From: Aciduliprofundum boonei T469
GTDB taxonomy: Archaea > Thermoplasmatota > Thermoplasmata > Thermoplasmatales > Aciduliprofundaceae
Direction: 5' to 3'
Length of the DNA stretch: 32,000 nucleotides
NCBI RefSeq assembly: GCF_000025665.1
Contig: NC_013926.1
Location: 750,001 to 782,000, forward strand
Each line of letters begins with the position of its first letter. The first letter of the stretch is position 1. A program made the translations under genes and the position numbers. The notes beneath the pieces are model-generated. The model had not been told where the DNA came from. It saw only the letters and a list, made by a program, of their open reading frames with translations, and ran no database searches. This document shows, piece by piece, positions 1 through 9,800 of the stretch.

Positions 1-365
1 CCGCTGCCATAGGGGGTGCCATAGCAGCCAAGGCAGGCGCTGATTTCCTGTGCTATGTTACTCCTGCCGAGCATCTTGCTTTGCCCAATGAGGAAGAGGT
101 AAAACTGGGGGTAATAGCAACGAGAATAGCTGCACATGCCGTGAATCTAACAAGGTTTGAAGATGAATACAAATGGGATTACGAGATGTCTAAAGCCCGT
201 GCCTCCCTTCGTTGGGATGAGCAACTAAATCTCAGTATAGACAAGGAGAATGCAATAAAAATAAGGAAAGAGAGGTATCCACACAGTCCGCAGGTATGTA
301 CAATGTGTGGAGAGTTTTGTGCCATAAAAATATTGAGAGATTATCTAAACGAGGGAAAAGAATAA
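1..365 (+). CDS. thiC: Phosphomethylpyrimidine synthase ThiC, C-terminal fragment (5' end outside window)
   Basis: The frame is open from the window edge (codon phase starts at nt 3). It reads AAIGGAIAAKAGADFLCYVTPAEHLALPNEEEVK..., followed by the C-terminal CTMCGEFCAIKI cysteine cluster typical of the ThiC Fe-S site. The stop codon is at 363-365. Confidence 0.85.
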   Translation, partial: AAIGGAIAAKAGADFLCYVTPAEHLALPNEEEVKLGVIATRIAAHAVNLTRFEDEYKWDYEMSKARASLRWDEQLNLSIDKENAIKIRKERYPHSPQVCTMCGEFCAIKILRDYLNEGKE

Positions 366-391
366 TATGCCTTTGAGAAATAGGGTAAAAT

Positions 392-1258
392 GTGCTAAGT
401 ATAGGAATCATTGTATTAACCTTGGCCATAATAGTCGTATTTACGGTAATATCCTTCAAGAAAAATCCGGTGTTTTATCTCTCCCTAGCATTTGTCATGG
501 TGTATTTGATTGAACTCTACTCTTATTACCAAGGTTCAATATTACAATTCTATGAAGTATTTGCCTGCAAGTCCAATATTTTTGATTTAGGTATATTTAC
601 AGCCATCTATGTGCATAGTTTGAATCCTGGGCATATATTTTTCAATATTCTCATATTCTTTTTAGTTGGCATACCTTTTGCCCAGAAAGTTGGAAACTTT
701 AAATTCACAAGCATATTCCTTGTTTCTGGGCTCCTTGCCAACATTGGTTATTCTCTATTTCTAAGGATGAGTGGCATAAACTCGTTTCTTATAGGCGCCT
801 CTGGAGCGATATTTGGTATAATGGGTGCGTTTTTAATTTTATATCCGAACGAGGAGATAACAATGTTTTTAGGTCCAATTTTGATGCCTCGTGTGAAGGT
901 AAAGTATGCGGTTCTCGCTTTCATGGCCGTTGAATTCCTTGCCACACTATTCTGGGTAAATGATAATGTGGCACATGGTGCCCATGTAATAGGTGCTGTG
1001 AGTGGTGCCCTATTTGCCTATGCTTTGAGAAATTATGGGGTAGAAAGAATTAGAATTAAAAGCCTAAATTATGAGATTATAGATGAACTTGCAGATACAC
1101 CCGAGCTCCAAAGCATTGCAGAAAAGATAAAAGGAGAGAGGGATGAAATAATACGCAGCTCTTGGCTCCTTGAATTTTTCAGAAAGAAGAATGGAGACGC
1201 CGAATTTGAGGGAAAGTATATTAAGAGCGGAGGTAAGAAATACAGAATTTATAGGTGA
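392..1258 (+). CDS. Rhomboid family intramembrane serine protease with a cytoplasmic C-terminal extension of about 80 aa
   Basis: Polytopic hydrophobic protein. It has the catalytic GASGAIFG (GxSG) motif and a downstream AHGAHVIGAVSGALFAY His helix. GTG start at 392. The 3' end overlaps the rtcA start by 4 nt. Confidence 0.8.
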   Translation: MLSIGIIVLTLAIIVVFTVISFKKNPVFYLSLAFVMVYLIELYSYYQGSILQFYEVFACKSNIFDLGIFTAIYVHSLNPGHIFFNILIFFLVGIPFAQKVGNFKFTSIFLVSGLLANIGYSLFLRMSGINSFLIGASGAIFGIMGAFLILYPNEEITMFLGPILMPRVKVKYAVLAFMAVEFLATLFWVNDNVAHGAHVIGAVSGALFAYALRNYGVERIRIKSLNYEIIDELADTPELQSIAEKIKGERDEIIRSSWLLEFFRKKNGDAEFEGKYIKSGGKKYRIYR

Positions 1259-2244
1259 TTTCTATGCTCATTGATGGCTCTTATGGAGAGGGAGGTGGCC
1301 AAATTCTTCGCACTTCCATAGCCCTTTCAGCCATTTTAGGAGAGGATGTTGAGATTATAAATATTAGGGCAAAGAGGAGAAATCCAGGATTGGCAGCGCA
1401 GCATCTCTGGGGTATAAAGCTTGCAGGAATGATGAGCAACGCTAAAGTTTCAGGGCTCAAAGTTGGCTCACAGCGTGTAGTTTTCTCCCCAAATAAGATA
1501 AAGGGAGGGGAGTATAGAATTGACATAGGAACGGCAGGAAGCATAACTCTCCTTCTTCAAACTGCCATTCCCATAGCCATATTCGCTGATGGTAGGGTGA
1601 TATTAAAAATAACAGGGGGCACAGATGTATCATGGTCGCCACCAATTGATTACTATCGCTATGTTCTTTCATACTTTTTGCGAAGAATGGGGGTCAAGAT
1701 TGATATTGAAGTTATTGAGAGAGGTTACTATCCAGAGGGTGGAGGCAAGGTTAAGGTTGAGATTGAGCCAGCAGGGCTTGAGGGATTGAGTATATTGAAA
1801 AGGTGTGAAATGCTCGGTAAAATGGCTTATATAAATATGAGGGGATTGCCTATCCATGTTGTGAAAAGAATGAGTAAAGTTCTAAGAGAATATAAGCTCT
1901 TTGAAGATGTGGGAGATGAGGGCAGAAGTAAGGGCTGTGGATTGGTTATTTTGGAAGAGTACTCCAATACCATTCTTGCAGGAGATTCTCTGTGCAAAAG
2001 GGGAGTTCCAGCAGAGAAAGTTGCCAGAATTGCCGTTGAAAAAATGGAGAAGGAGCGAAATTCTAATTCTACAGTGGATGTTAATATGGGAGACCATCTA
2101 ATCACATTTGGCTCATTGGCGAAAGGAACGACAGTTTATTATGTTAGGGAAGTGACAGAGCACATAAAAACCAACGCTTGGGTGGTGCAAAAATTTGGTA
2201 AGAGAGTAAAAGTAGAAAAAAACAAAATAGAGATTCAAGCGTAG
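1255..2244 (+). CDS. rtcA: RNA 3'-terminal phosphate cyclase
   Basis: The N-terminal DGSYGEGGGQILRTSIALSAILG signature and the GTAGSITLLLQTAIP and GDHL (candidate adenylylated His) motifs are present. Length is 329 aa. The start is either GTG 1255 (GTGA overlap with the rhomboid stop) or ATG 1264. Confidence 0.9.
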   Translation: MISMLIDGSYGEGGGQILRTSIALSAILGEDVEIINIRAKRRNPGLAAQHLWGIKLAGMMSNAKVSGLKVGSQRVVFSPNKIKGGEYRIDIGTAGSITLLLQTAIPIAIFADGRVILKITGGTDVSWSPPIDYYRYVLSYFLRRMGVKIDIEVIERGYYPEGGGKVKVEIEPAGLEGLSILKRCEMLGKMAYINMRGLPIHVVKRMSKVLREYKLFEDVGDEGRSKGCGLVILEEYSNTILAGDSLCKRGVPAEKVARIAVEKMEKERNSNSTVDVNMGDHLITFGSLAKGTTVYYVREVTEHIKTNAWVVQKFGKRVKVEKNKIEIQA

Positions 2245-2963
2245 ATGTAATCTTTGGGGACTTTCTTAACTTTAGCTGCCTGCTCCCTAATCTGCGCTAA
2301 ATTCTTTTCTATTTTCTCCGCTTCCTCGTACAATGGCTTTGGATCTATTTTTACTCCCTGCATAATTTCGTTTAATACCTCCACTATCTTTGCAGCGGCC
2401 CTTGCATCGGGATAGTTGGGATGCGCCTCCGCAAGAAGCGCTATAACATCCGTATCTCTCTTTCTTCCCTCAGTTAAAAGCACTCCTGTAACTCCTGTGA
2501 TAACACCCTCCCCGAACTCTAACACTCCCTTGGGTATTCTCTTTTTAGCATAATCTGTGCTTGTGACAGCATATACATTAACATCTTCTCTTTCTTCTTG
2601 AATTATTCCTTCTGGAGTTATGACCGTGGATATTCTCTGCTCGTCTGCCCAGTCTAACATAAGTTTTCCCATAGATTTGAGTAATGAGGTTGGTATCTGA
2701 AACTCAGAGACAAATACTGCTATTTTCATATTATCGTTTACTTTTCCGCCATATATTCTAACAGGACTTAGAGGCACGCCATTTCTAACAAGAGCTACCG
2801 ATGGAAAATAAGGGCTGTCTACTATCGCTATTTGCTCTAAATTCAACGACTCAATTATGTAATTTGCAACTATTGAGCTCACAAGCCCCACAGATGGAAA
2901 ACCATCAATAACAATTCCATCGCGCAGGTCAATCTTTTTTAACTCGTAAATCTCCAAATCCAT
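2235..2963 (-). CDS. PAC2/Pba-family proteasome assembly chaperone
   Basis: The DGFPSVGLVSSIVANYIIESL...SPYFPSVALV pattern is typical of the archaeal PAC2 family. The C-terminus ends in I-Y-A, which is a hydrophobic-Tyr-X (HbYX) motif of the kind that docks into 20S alpha-ring pockets. Confidence 0.75.
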   Translation of the reverse strand: MDLEIYELKKIDLRDGIVIDGFPSVGLVSSIVANYIIESLNLEQIAIVDSPYFPSVALVRNGVPLSPVRIYGGKVNDNMKIAVFVSEFQIPTSLLKSMGKLMLDWADEQRISTVITPEGIIQEEREDVNVYAVTSTDYAKKRIPKGVLEFGEGVITGVTGVLLTEGRKRDTDVIALLAEAHPNYPDARAAAKIVEVLNEIMQGVKIDPKPLYEEAEKIEKNLAQIREQAAKVKKVPKDYIYA

Positions 2964-3040
2964 AAAAGAGTATATGATTTTAGTTGTAAAAATTTTTCTA
3001 ATCGCAACATTAACATAGTCCTAGAGCATAGGGTTATTAC

Positions 3041-4645
3041 ATGAAGTACATTGTCGTCACAGGTGGAGTGATTTCTGGTCTTGGAAAGGGTATAACAACC
3101 AGTTCTTTGGGAAAGATTTTGCAAGTTCGTGGTTTGAAAGTTACAGCGATAAAAATCGACCCATATTTAAATTATGATGCAGGCACTATGAATCCATATC
3201 AGCATGGTGAGGTGTTTGTGCTTGATGATGGAGGCGAAGTTGATTTAGATTTAGGTAATTACGAGAGATTTTTGGATGAGAACCTGACATTTGATCATAA
3301 TATCACCACGGGTAAGGTTTATAAAACCGTTATAGAGAGAGAAAGGAAGGGCGAGTATTTAGGTAAGACCGTTCAAATTATCCCCCACATAACCGAAGAG
3401 ATAAAGAGAAGAATAAAAAAAGTTGCAATAGAAAGTGAAGCAGATATTATATTAATTGAAGTTGGAGGTACTGTGGGAGATATAGAGAGTATGCCATTCT
3501 TGGAAGCCATGAGACAACTTCGTATGGAAGAGGGTGAGAGAAATGTGTTTTTTGTGCACACCACCCTTGTACCTACTGTGGAAGTTGTGGGGGAGCAGAA
3601 AACAAAACCCACGCAGCACAGTGTTAAAGAGCTTCGCTCTCTCGGTATTCAGCCAGATATGATTGTTGGGCGCTCTAAGGAGCCATTGAGAGAGGAGACA
3701 AAGAGAAAAATCTCTCTTTTCTGTGATGTACCTTATGAAGCGGTTATTAGTGCACCTGATGCAAAATCCATATATGAAGTACCGTTAATTTTTGAGGAAC
3801 AAGGTGTTGGAGAGTACATTCTTGGAAAGATGCAGGTAAGGGGCGAGGCACCAGGATGGAGAGAATGGAAGAGGTATCTCTCTAAACTTTACAATCCCAA
3901 AAATGAGGTAACTATAGGAATCGTTGGAAAGTATGTTCATCTCAAGGATTCCTATATAAGTCATCGAGAGGCATTTACCCATGTGTCTTCAGCCCTTCGA
4001 ACAAGAGTGAATTTGAAATGGATCGATAGTGAAGATTTGGAGGATGAGGGATTAGATCTCTTAAAGGGTGTAGATGGAATTCTGATTCCTGGAGGTTTTG
4101 GCCCTAGAGGTACGGAGGGCAAAATAATGGCTGCAAAGTATGCTCGGGAAAACGGCATTCCATTTCTGGGTGTATGTTTTGGCTTTCAGCTTGCTGTGGT
4201 AGAATTTGCGCGCCATGTTTTGGGTTATGAAGATGCCAATAGCACAGAATTGCATCCGAGTACTGATGCGCCTGTTATAGACCTTCTCCCAGAGCAGAGA
4301 GATGTGAAAAATCTTGGAGGAACAATGCGTTTAGGGGCCCAAAAAATAATTATTGAGAAGGGGAGTATGGCGCATAAAATATATGGAAAGCTTCAAATCT
4401 TCGAAAGGCACAGGCATCGGTATGAGGTTAATCCAGATTATATAGAAGAATTTGAAAAGAACGGCTTGCATTTTTCAGGCAAGGATGAGAGTGGCACTCG
4501 TATGGAAATATTTGAATTGAAGGGACATCCATTCTATATGGGGTCTCAATTCCACCCCGAGTTCAAATCTAGGCCATTGAAACCATCTCCCCTGCATCTT
4601 GCATTGGTTAGAGCAGCGTTGGAGTATAAGGAAAATCATAAGTAA
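3041..4645 (+). CDS. pyrG: CTP synthase
   Basis: [24 protein letters not shown] at the N-terminus, then a C-terminal glutamine amidotransferase domain with GVCFGFQ (catalytic Cys) and HPEF. Length is 534 aa. Confidence 0.97.
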   Translation: MKYIVVTGGVISGLGKGITTSSLGKILQVRGLKVTAIKIDPYLNYDAGTMNPYQHGEVFVLDDGGEVDLDLGNYERFLDENLTFDHNITTGKVYKTVIERERKGEYLGKTVQIIPHITEEIKRRIKKVAIESEADIILIEVGGTVGDIESMPFLEAMRQLRMEEGERNVFFVHTTLVPTVEVVGEQKTKPTQHSVKELRSLGIQPDMIVGRSKEPLREETKRKISLFCDVPYEAVISAPDAKSIYEVPLIFEEQGVGEYILGKMQVRGEAPGWREWKRYLSKLYNPKNEVTIGIVGKYVHLKDSYISHREAFTHVSSALRTRVNLKWIDSEDLEDEGLDLLKGVDGILIPGGFGPRGTEGKIMAAKYARENGIPFLGVCFGFQLAVVEFARHVLGYEDANSTELHPSTDAPVIDLLPEQRDVKNLGGTMRLGAQKIIIEKGSMAHKIYGKLQIFERHRHRYEVNPDYIEEFEKNGLHFSGKDESGTRMEIFELKGHPFYMGSQFHPEFKSRPLKPSPLHLALVRAALEYKENHK

Positions 4646-5763
4646 ATAGAGTACACATTCATTAATTTTTTATATGAGTTTTCCCAGGTGTATTTCTCCA
4701 CAGAACTCCGTGTGTTCTTTTTTAATCGCTCATATAATCTTTCATCATTTATAAGCATCTCCAGTTTCTCTTTTAAATCATCAACATCTTTGGGCATAGC
4801 CAATAACCCATTGTATCCATCTTTAACGATTTCTGGTATTGCGGTTATGTTGAATGATACAACAGGTTTTCCCGCAGCTAAAGCTTCTGCTATGCTCATG
4901 CCAAACCCCTCAGATATACTTGGAAGACAAAAAATGTCAAAGGAATCATAGTAAAGAGGCACCTCTTCATCCCTTATCTTCCCTGCAAAAATTACCCTAT
5001 CCTCCATTCTGTATTTTTTGACTAGGCTTCTTAGCATACTTTCTATTCCCAAAATTCCAGATGTTTTGGGATTTGGATTTGGACCCACCAGCACTATGTA
5101 TGCTTCCTTTAAATCTTTCGCAGCTTCTATGAGGTATTGAGGTCCTTTTCCTGTGCTCAATCTCCCAACAAATCCTATTATCTTTTTATCTTTGGGAATA
5201 TTGTACTTCTCTCTCAGATAGTTTCTATTGCTATTTCCAAATTTTTCGATATCCACTCCGGGATGTACGACATGAATTCTCTCTTTTGGTAGTCCCAATT
5301 CTATGAGTTTATCTTTCGTGTATTTACTTGGAGTAATGTAAGCGGTGTAAGGGAGCTTTATTATAAATCCCTCAAATCTTTCGTACATCTTTGAGTCTTC
5401 CCAGCCGGAGTATTCCTCGTACTTGCCTATATAGACATCGTGAATATGCCTTAAAATAGGAATATTCGGATTGATTTTGTGAAAATATGAAAGTACAGGT
5501 GCAGCTATGTAGGAATGGGTATGTATCAAATCGGGATTTATTTTCTTTATTTTTCGTATTATTGATGTACCCATCCCCACTTTTGAGAGGCGATAGTAGG
5601 GTACACTATCCACATACTCAAAATTTTTTGTGTTTGGTAATTTTGTAGTGATGACATAGCTTTTATGACCATCATTTCTTTGCATCGTAGAATATCTATG
5701 CACTACATACTCAACTCCGCCGATGTGTGGTAGGGCTACATCGCTGATATGGGCAAATTTCAT
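4636..5763 (-). CDS. Glycosyltransferase, GT-B fold (family 4 / group 1)
   Basis: C-terminal [19 protein letters not shown] (E-x7-E-like) motif. There are GRLSTGKG and a [11 protein letters not shown]-terminal loop. Length is 375 aa. Confidence 0.8.
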   Translation of the reverse strand: MKFAHISDVALPHIGGVEYVVHRYSTMQRNDGHKSYVITTKLPNTKNFEYVDSVPYYRLSKVGMGTSIIRKIKKINPDLIHTHSYIAAPVLSYFHKINPNIPILRHIHDVYIGKYEEYSGWEDSKMYERFEGFIIKLPYTAYITPSKYTKDKLIELGLPKERIHVVHPGVDIEKFGNSNRNYLREKYNIPKDKKIIGFVGRLSTGKGPQYLIEAAKDLKEAYIVLVGPNPNPKTSGILGIESMLRSLVKKYRMEDRVIFAGKIRDEEVPLYYDSFDIFCLPSISEGFGMSIAEALAAGKPVVSFNITAIPEIVKDGYNGLLAMPKDVDDLKEKLEMLINDERLYERLKKNTRSSVEKYTWENSYKKLMNVYSIYL

Positions 5764-5818
5764 AGGGGTATATCTTTTTTAAGTTTTTAATACTTGGCGG
5801 AGAAAGGTTTAAATTGGG

Positions 5819-5840
5819 ATTTTTCGGGTGAGTTGCAACC
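5819..5840. repeat. Left IS end: direct repeat ATTTTT (5819-5824) plus IR-L (5825-5840)
   Basis: Read directly from the sequence. ATTTTT recurs at 6764-6769 immediately outside IR-R. Confidence 0.55.
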
Positions 5841-6763
5841 CCACATAAAAATAAAATAGGGGATATAAATAAAGGATGAGCAGGAAATTAGACCTGTACA
5901 AGGTTGTGAAAATGGGGATGAAAGCTCTAAAGAGAGCAAATATTCCTCTTTACTGGAGCAAGTACTCTAGGAAAGATTACACTCTGCACCAGCACATGAT
6001 GCTGATAGTGCTGACACAGTATGTGGGAAGTATAGAAAGAATGCTCCAGATTGTGCGAGAAATGAGAAAGATAAAGAGGGTAATGAGATTGAAGAAAATC
6101 CCCCATAAAAGCACAATTTCAAGAGAGTTGAGAAGAATACCAGAACGATGGATTCGCATTGTGCTTAGAGAAATAGTGAAAATAATGGGAATACCCAATA
6201 AATTTGCAGTGGATTCCACAGGTATTCAAATTTATTACCGTTCATACTACTACACACAGCGAATCGGAGAAGTAGGAAAAATAAGAGAAGGATTGAAATT
6301 GCATGCTGCTGTGGATATTGAGAGGAAGCTCATTACCAATGCAATAGTTACAAAATGGCACACTAACGATTCACCGTACCTCATTCCTCTTTTGGAGGAA
6401 GAGAGAGTAAAAGAAGTGTATGCAGATAAGGGCTATGATTCTCTACGTAACATACGATTTGTTCTGAATAAAGGAGGAACTCCATACATAGCAATCCGTA
6501 ATAAAGCAAGAAGAGGATTGCGAAGGAGATTGTTAGAAAAGAGCAAATCACCTGACTGGAAAAAGAAGTACTCGCATAGAAATGTAATTGAATCAGTCTT
6601 CCACTCTTTCAAAAGAGTTGTTGGAGATTACATATTTTCCCATTCTTTCTCTGGTGCTTCTAAACTCCTGCTCTTCAAAGTTCTTGCCTATGATCTCTAT
6701 GTCTAATCCTTCCTTATTTTTATTCTTCTTTTTTCATGTTTTTCGAGGAATTCAACTTATCCG
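5825..6763 (+). mobile_element. Insertion sequence of 939 bp (IS4/IS5-superfamily DDE type) with imperfect terminal inverted repeats and a 6-bp target-site duplication
   Basis: A single transposase ORF is flanked by IR-L CGGGTGAGTTGCAACC (5825-5840). IR-R is at 6747-6763, with reverse complement CGGATAAGTTGAATTCC. About 12 of 17 positions match. The ends are immediately bracketed by perfect direct repeats ATTTTT at 5819-5824 and 6764-6769. Confidence 0.6.
5876..6706 (+). CDS. DDE transposase (IS4/IS5 superfamily, DDE_Tnp_1-like)
   Basis: The candidate DDE triad is AVDSTGI (D), VYADKGYDS (D) and HRNVIESVFHSFKR (E). The last is in the R-x3-E-x2-F-x2-K context typical of IS5-like enzymes. The ORF is an uninterrupted 276 aa. 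Confidence 0.8.
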   Translation: MSRKLDLYKVVKMGMKALKRANIPLYWSKYSRKDYTLHQHMMLIVLTQYVGSIERMLQIVREMRKIKRVMRLKKIPHKSTISRELRRIPERWIRIVLREIVKIMGIPNKFAVDSTGIQIYYRSYYYTQRIGEVGKIREGLKLHAAVDIERKLITNAIVTKWHTNDSPYLIPLLEEERVKEVYADKGYDSLRNIRFVLNKGGTPYIAIRNKARRGLRRRLLEKSKSPDWKKKYSHRNVIESVFHSFKRVVGDYIFSHSFSGASKLLLFKVLAYDLYV

Positions 6764-6769
6764 ATTTTT
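6747..6769. repeat. Right IS end: IR-R (6747-6763) plus direct repeat ATTTTT (6764-6769)
   Basis: GGAATTCAACTTATCCG is the imperfect reverse complement of IR-L. It is followed directly by ATTTTT. Confidence 0.55.
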
Positions 6770-6776
6770 CAAAAAA

Positions 6777-6784
6777 TTTATATA
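6777..6784 (+). promoter_or_regulatory. TATA-box-like element (TTTATATA) for the giant surface-protein gene
   Basis: An A/T octamer preceded by an A-run (6771-6776). It lies 8 nt beyond the IS right-hand duplication and about 83 nt upstream of ATG 6867. This implies a leader of about 55 nt. Confidence 0.35.
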
Positions 6785-6813
6785 GGAAAATTTCCATAGA
6801 GGGCTGACCAGTG

Positions 6814-6842
6814 CACTCCTCTATACCCCAATAGAAGGAGTG
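6814..6842 (+). promoter_or_regulatory. Imperfect hairpin in the predicted 5' leader of the giant gene
   Basis: CACTCCTCTA (6814-6823) pairs with TAGAAGGAGTG (6832-6842). That gives 10 bp, one bulged A (6835) and an 8-nt loop TACCCCAA. The hairpin lies between the TATA-like box and the SD GGGAGGA (6853-6859). Confidence 0.35.
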
Positions 6843-6866
6843 TAAAAAAGTAGGGAGGATGTAAAT

Positions 6867-9800
6867 ATGAACGAAAGAAGTATGAAGAAAATATTGTTAG
6901 TGACTTTAGTGTTAGCAGCGATGGTACTCAGTGGCTTTTCAGTGATGTCCGGGAATGCTGCTGCGGCAGCTCCCAAAGTTTCAGCAGCCAATAACGGTAA
7001 TCTAGTGGTAGCTTTTCAGAATGACATATCAAACCTGAACATATTTGACCCAACAACGAACACTGTTTGGAAAGCTGATGCTCTTGGGTGGGCATTTGAG
7101 AGTCTGTATTCTTATACTCCGGACTTAATACCCTATCCAAACTTGGCATTGAGTGCCACGCCTGACGCAAGTGGCTTGAATGTAACTGTTCAGCTAAGGC
7201 ACAATGTGACTTTCCAAGATGGACAGCCAATGACCGCAGAGGATGTTGTATTTAGTTATCAGACCTTGTATTGGGATTCTCTGTATAAGACAACCCTTCA
7301 GTGCCTTTACTGGCCCACTCCTAAGTGGCCTCTTTGGAATGGAAATGGCACATCCCACATAGGTGTTGTTGCCACAGGCAAATACACTGTTGTCTTCCAT
7401 CTATATCAACCATATCCTCTGTTCTATCAGGTTACACTTGGTAATACTATCATACCCGAGCACATATGGGTAAAGCACTTGGTATCTGCAGGTACAGGTG
7501 ATAGTGATGATATGACAATAGATACATCTTGGAATGCTCCAGGAGCAACTATTGGTACTGGTCCATTTAAGTTTGTAGAATGGAAGCCAGGTAACTATGT
7601 GAAGATTGAAGTTTACAAGAATTACTGGGGTAAGGGACTGTCTACTCCATGGAGAGGTAAAAATTGGCCTTGGTATCCCGAGTATGTGAGAACAATAACA
7701 TTCAGAATTTACAACACCTTGGATACTGCAGTTCTTGCACTGAAGAGAGGTGAGGTTCAGTTTATTGACTGGTCATTGCCTCCAGGCTATTATAACCAGT
7801 TGAAGACTGATCCAAATATAGGTGCTACAATTGTTAATGACCAGGGGTTCTTCTATTTGGCATTCAATATGAGAAAAGAGCCCATGAGCGATTTGGCCTT
7901 CAGGACCGCTGTTGCCCACTGTATTAATAAGGACTACATAGTGACTACCCTTATGCAGGGTTATGGTACGAAGGGTACCGTGCCTATATCAATTACATCT
8001 GGTGCATATGTCAATACATCTGCTATACCCCCAGGTTTCGATTTGAATGCTGCTCAGCAGGTTCTTGACCAAGCGGGCTATAAAGTTGGCTCTGATGGTT
8101 GGAGACACGCCCCAGATGGCTCACCAATTAAGGAGACAATTCTCACGCCGCCAAAGGATTACGATCCTATAAGGGCTGAAGCTGGCATAATGATACAGGC
8201 AAACCTTCAGAAAGTAAAATTGAATATTCAGAGTATTCCTACAAACTTTGATACGATAGTTTCAAAGGCATTCGTGCAGGTGCAGTTCGATATGTACATC
8301 CTTGGATGGGGTGTCGGTGCATTCCCTGAGACATACCTCGAGGACTTCTTTGCAAGCTGGAATGCAGCACCTGTTGGTGATAACACACCTGGTTACCACA
8401 ATCCTAAGGTGGATAAATTGCTCATTGAGATTAGAACAGATATGAACACTCAGGATAGAATTAACAAGATTAAGGAGATTGAAGGCATATTGGTGCATGA
8501 TTTGCCTTACGATGTGCTTTATTACAGAAAGAACATAATGGCTTACAGGCAGGATATGTGGCAGGGCTGGGTTGCAGCCTATGGTACTATTTGGAATGGA
8601 TTCTCACTTGGCGTACTCCATCCGCCGACATCTGGAGGCGGCGGTGGAGGCGGTGGCGGTGGCCACCACCCAGGACCTATAACTAATGTTACAGGGAGTG
8701 GATTAGTTGGTGCAGTTGGACATCTTTATACCCCTAACATAGCGTATGCTGGGCACTCTATAAATGGAGTATTCTATCTCACTGATCAGAATGGCATTCC
8801 TATCCCTAATGCAAAGGTTAGCATCTATGCATCCAATGGAGTATGGGCAAATGGCACCACTGGCAGCTCGGGTGGACTTGCATTTAATGTGCCTCTGAAG
8901 TTCGAGGATTATGGTAAAGTGAATATTACATATTCTTATTCGGTTAAAATTGGGGGCCATGTGTATAATGGCTCCGGTACGAACTCTGTAACCGTTTACC
9001 TGCCAAAGAATGTTGCAAAGCTGAAGCTAAGTATTGATAAGCCAATACTTACCCCTGGTGCAAGTGCTACTATTACTGCCAAAGTTACTGACATCTACGC
9101 TCATCCACTTGCGGGAGTGAATGTTACCATACTCTCAGAAGAGACCTCTGGTTCTATAACACCAGGTTATGGTATAACAAATAGTGATGGTATTGCCACA
9201 TTCCATTACACTGCACCAACGATGGTAACTAACATAAATCCTGTAGATATAGTAAAGGCCCAGATTAAGGTCAACAACACAATACTAACAAATCTACAGA
9301 CTGCCACTCTCTTCGTTCCAATACAGAGCCATGGAAGCAGCTGGTACAAGGTGCAGATAACTCATGTGAGCAGTTATGGAATAACTGCTGGTCAGAGTAC
9401 CCAAGTAACCGTTAAGGTTGTGAATATAAATGGAAATCCTGTGGCAAATCATAAGGTTTATATGGCCGCCTACTACTCAAATGCAACTGATCCTAACTGG
9501 TATGGCCAGCAGCTCGTACCTGCATGGGGAATAACAATGGATTCAAATGAAAAGACAACAGATAGCAATGGTGAGGCGACTTTCACCATAACTGCAAATG
9601 AGAACGCAAATATTCCTGTGATATTAAAGGCTTACACACAGGATACTTATATGGCGTATGACACTGTGCAGATTTATGTAGGTAACAATACTGGCTTTGA
9701 TCCTTACATTGGTCCTTGGACTGGCTTGTATGCAATGGATATGCAGCTCAACAAGGTAACTGCTGGTGTTGGACAGCAGGTGCAGGTTACAATGACTGTA

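Noticed and set aside
5765-6829. An 8-nt inverted match, GGGGTATA (5765-5772) versus TATACCCC (6822-6829), as alternative IS termini.
   Set aside because: The match stops after 8 nt and is about what chance allows for two flanks of roughly 100-150 nt. No flanking direct repeat accompanies it. The 5825/6763 ends have longer IRs plus a perfect 6-bp duplication.
6859-6864. A minimal start-stop ORF (ATG TAA) two nt upstream of the giant gene's ATG.
   Set aside because: Its ATG overlaps the SD itself, leaving no spacing for initiation. It is most simply a coincidence of the AT-rich spacer.
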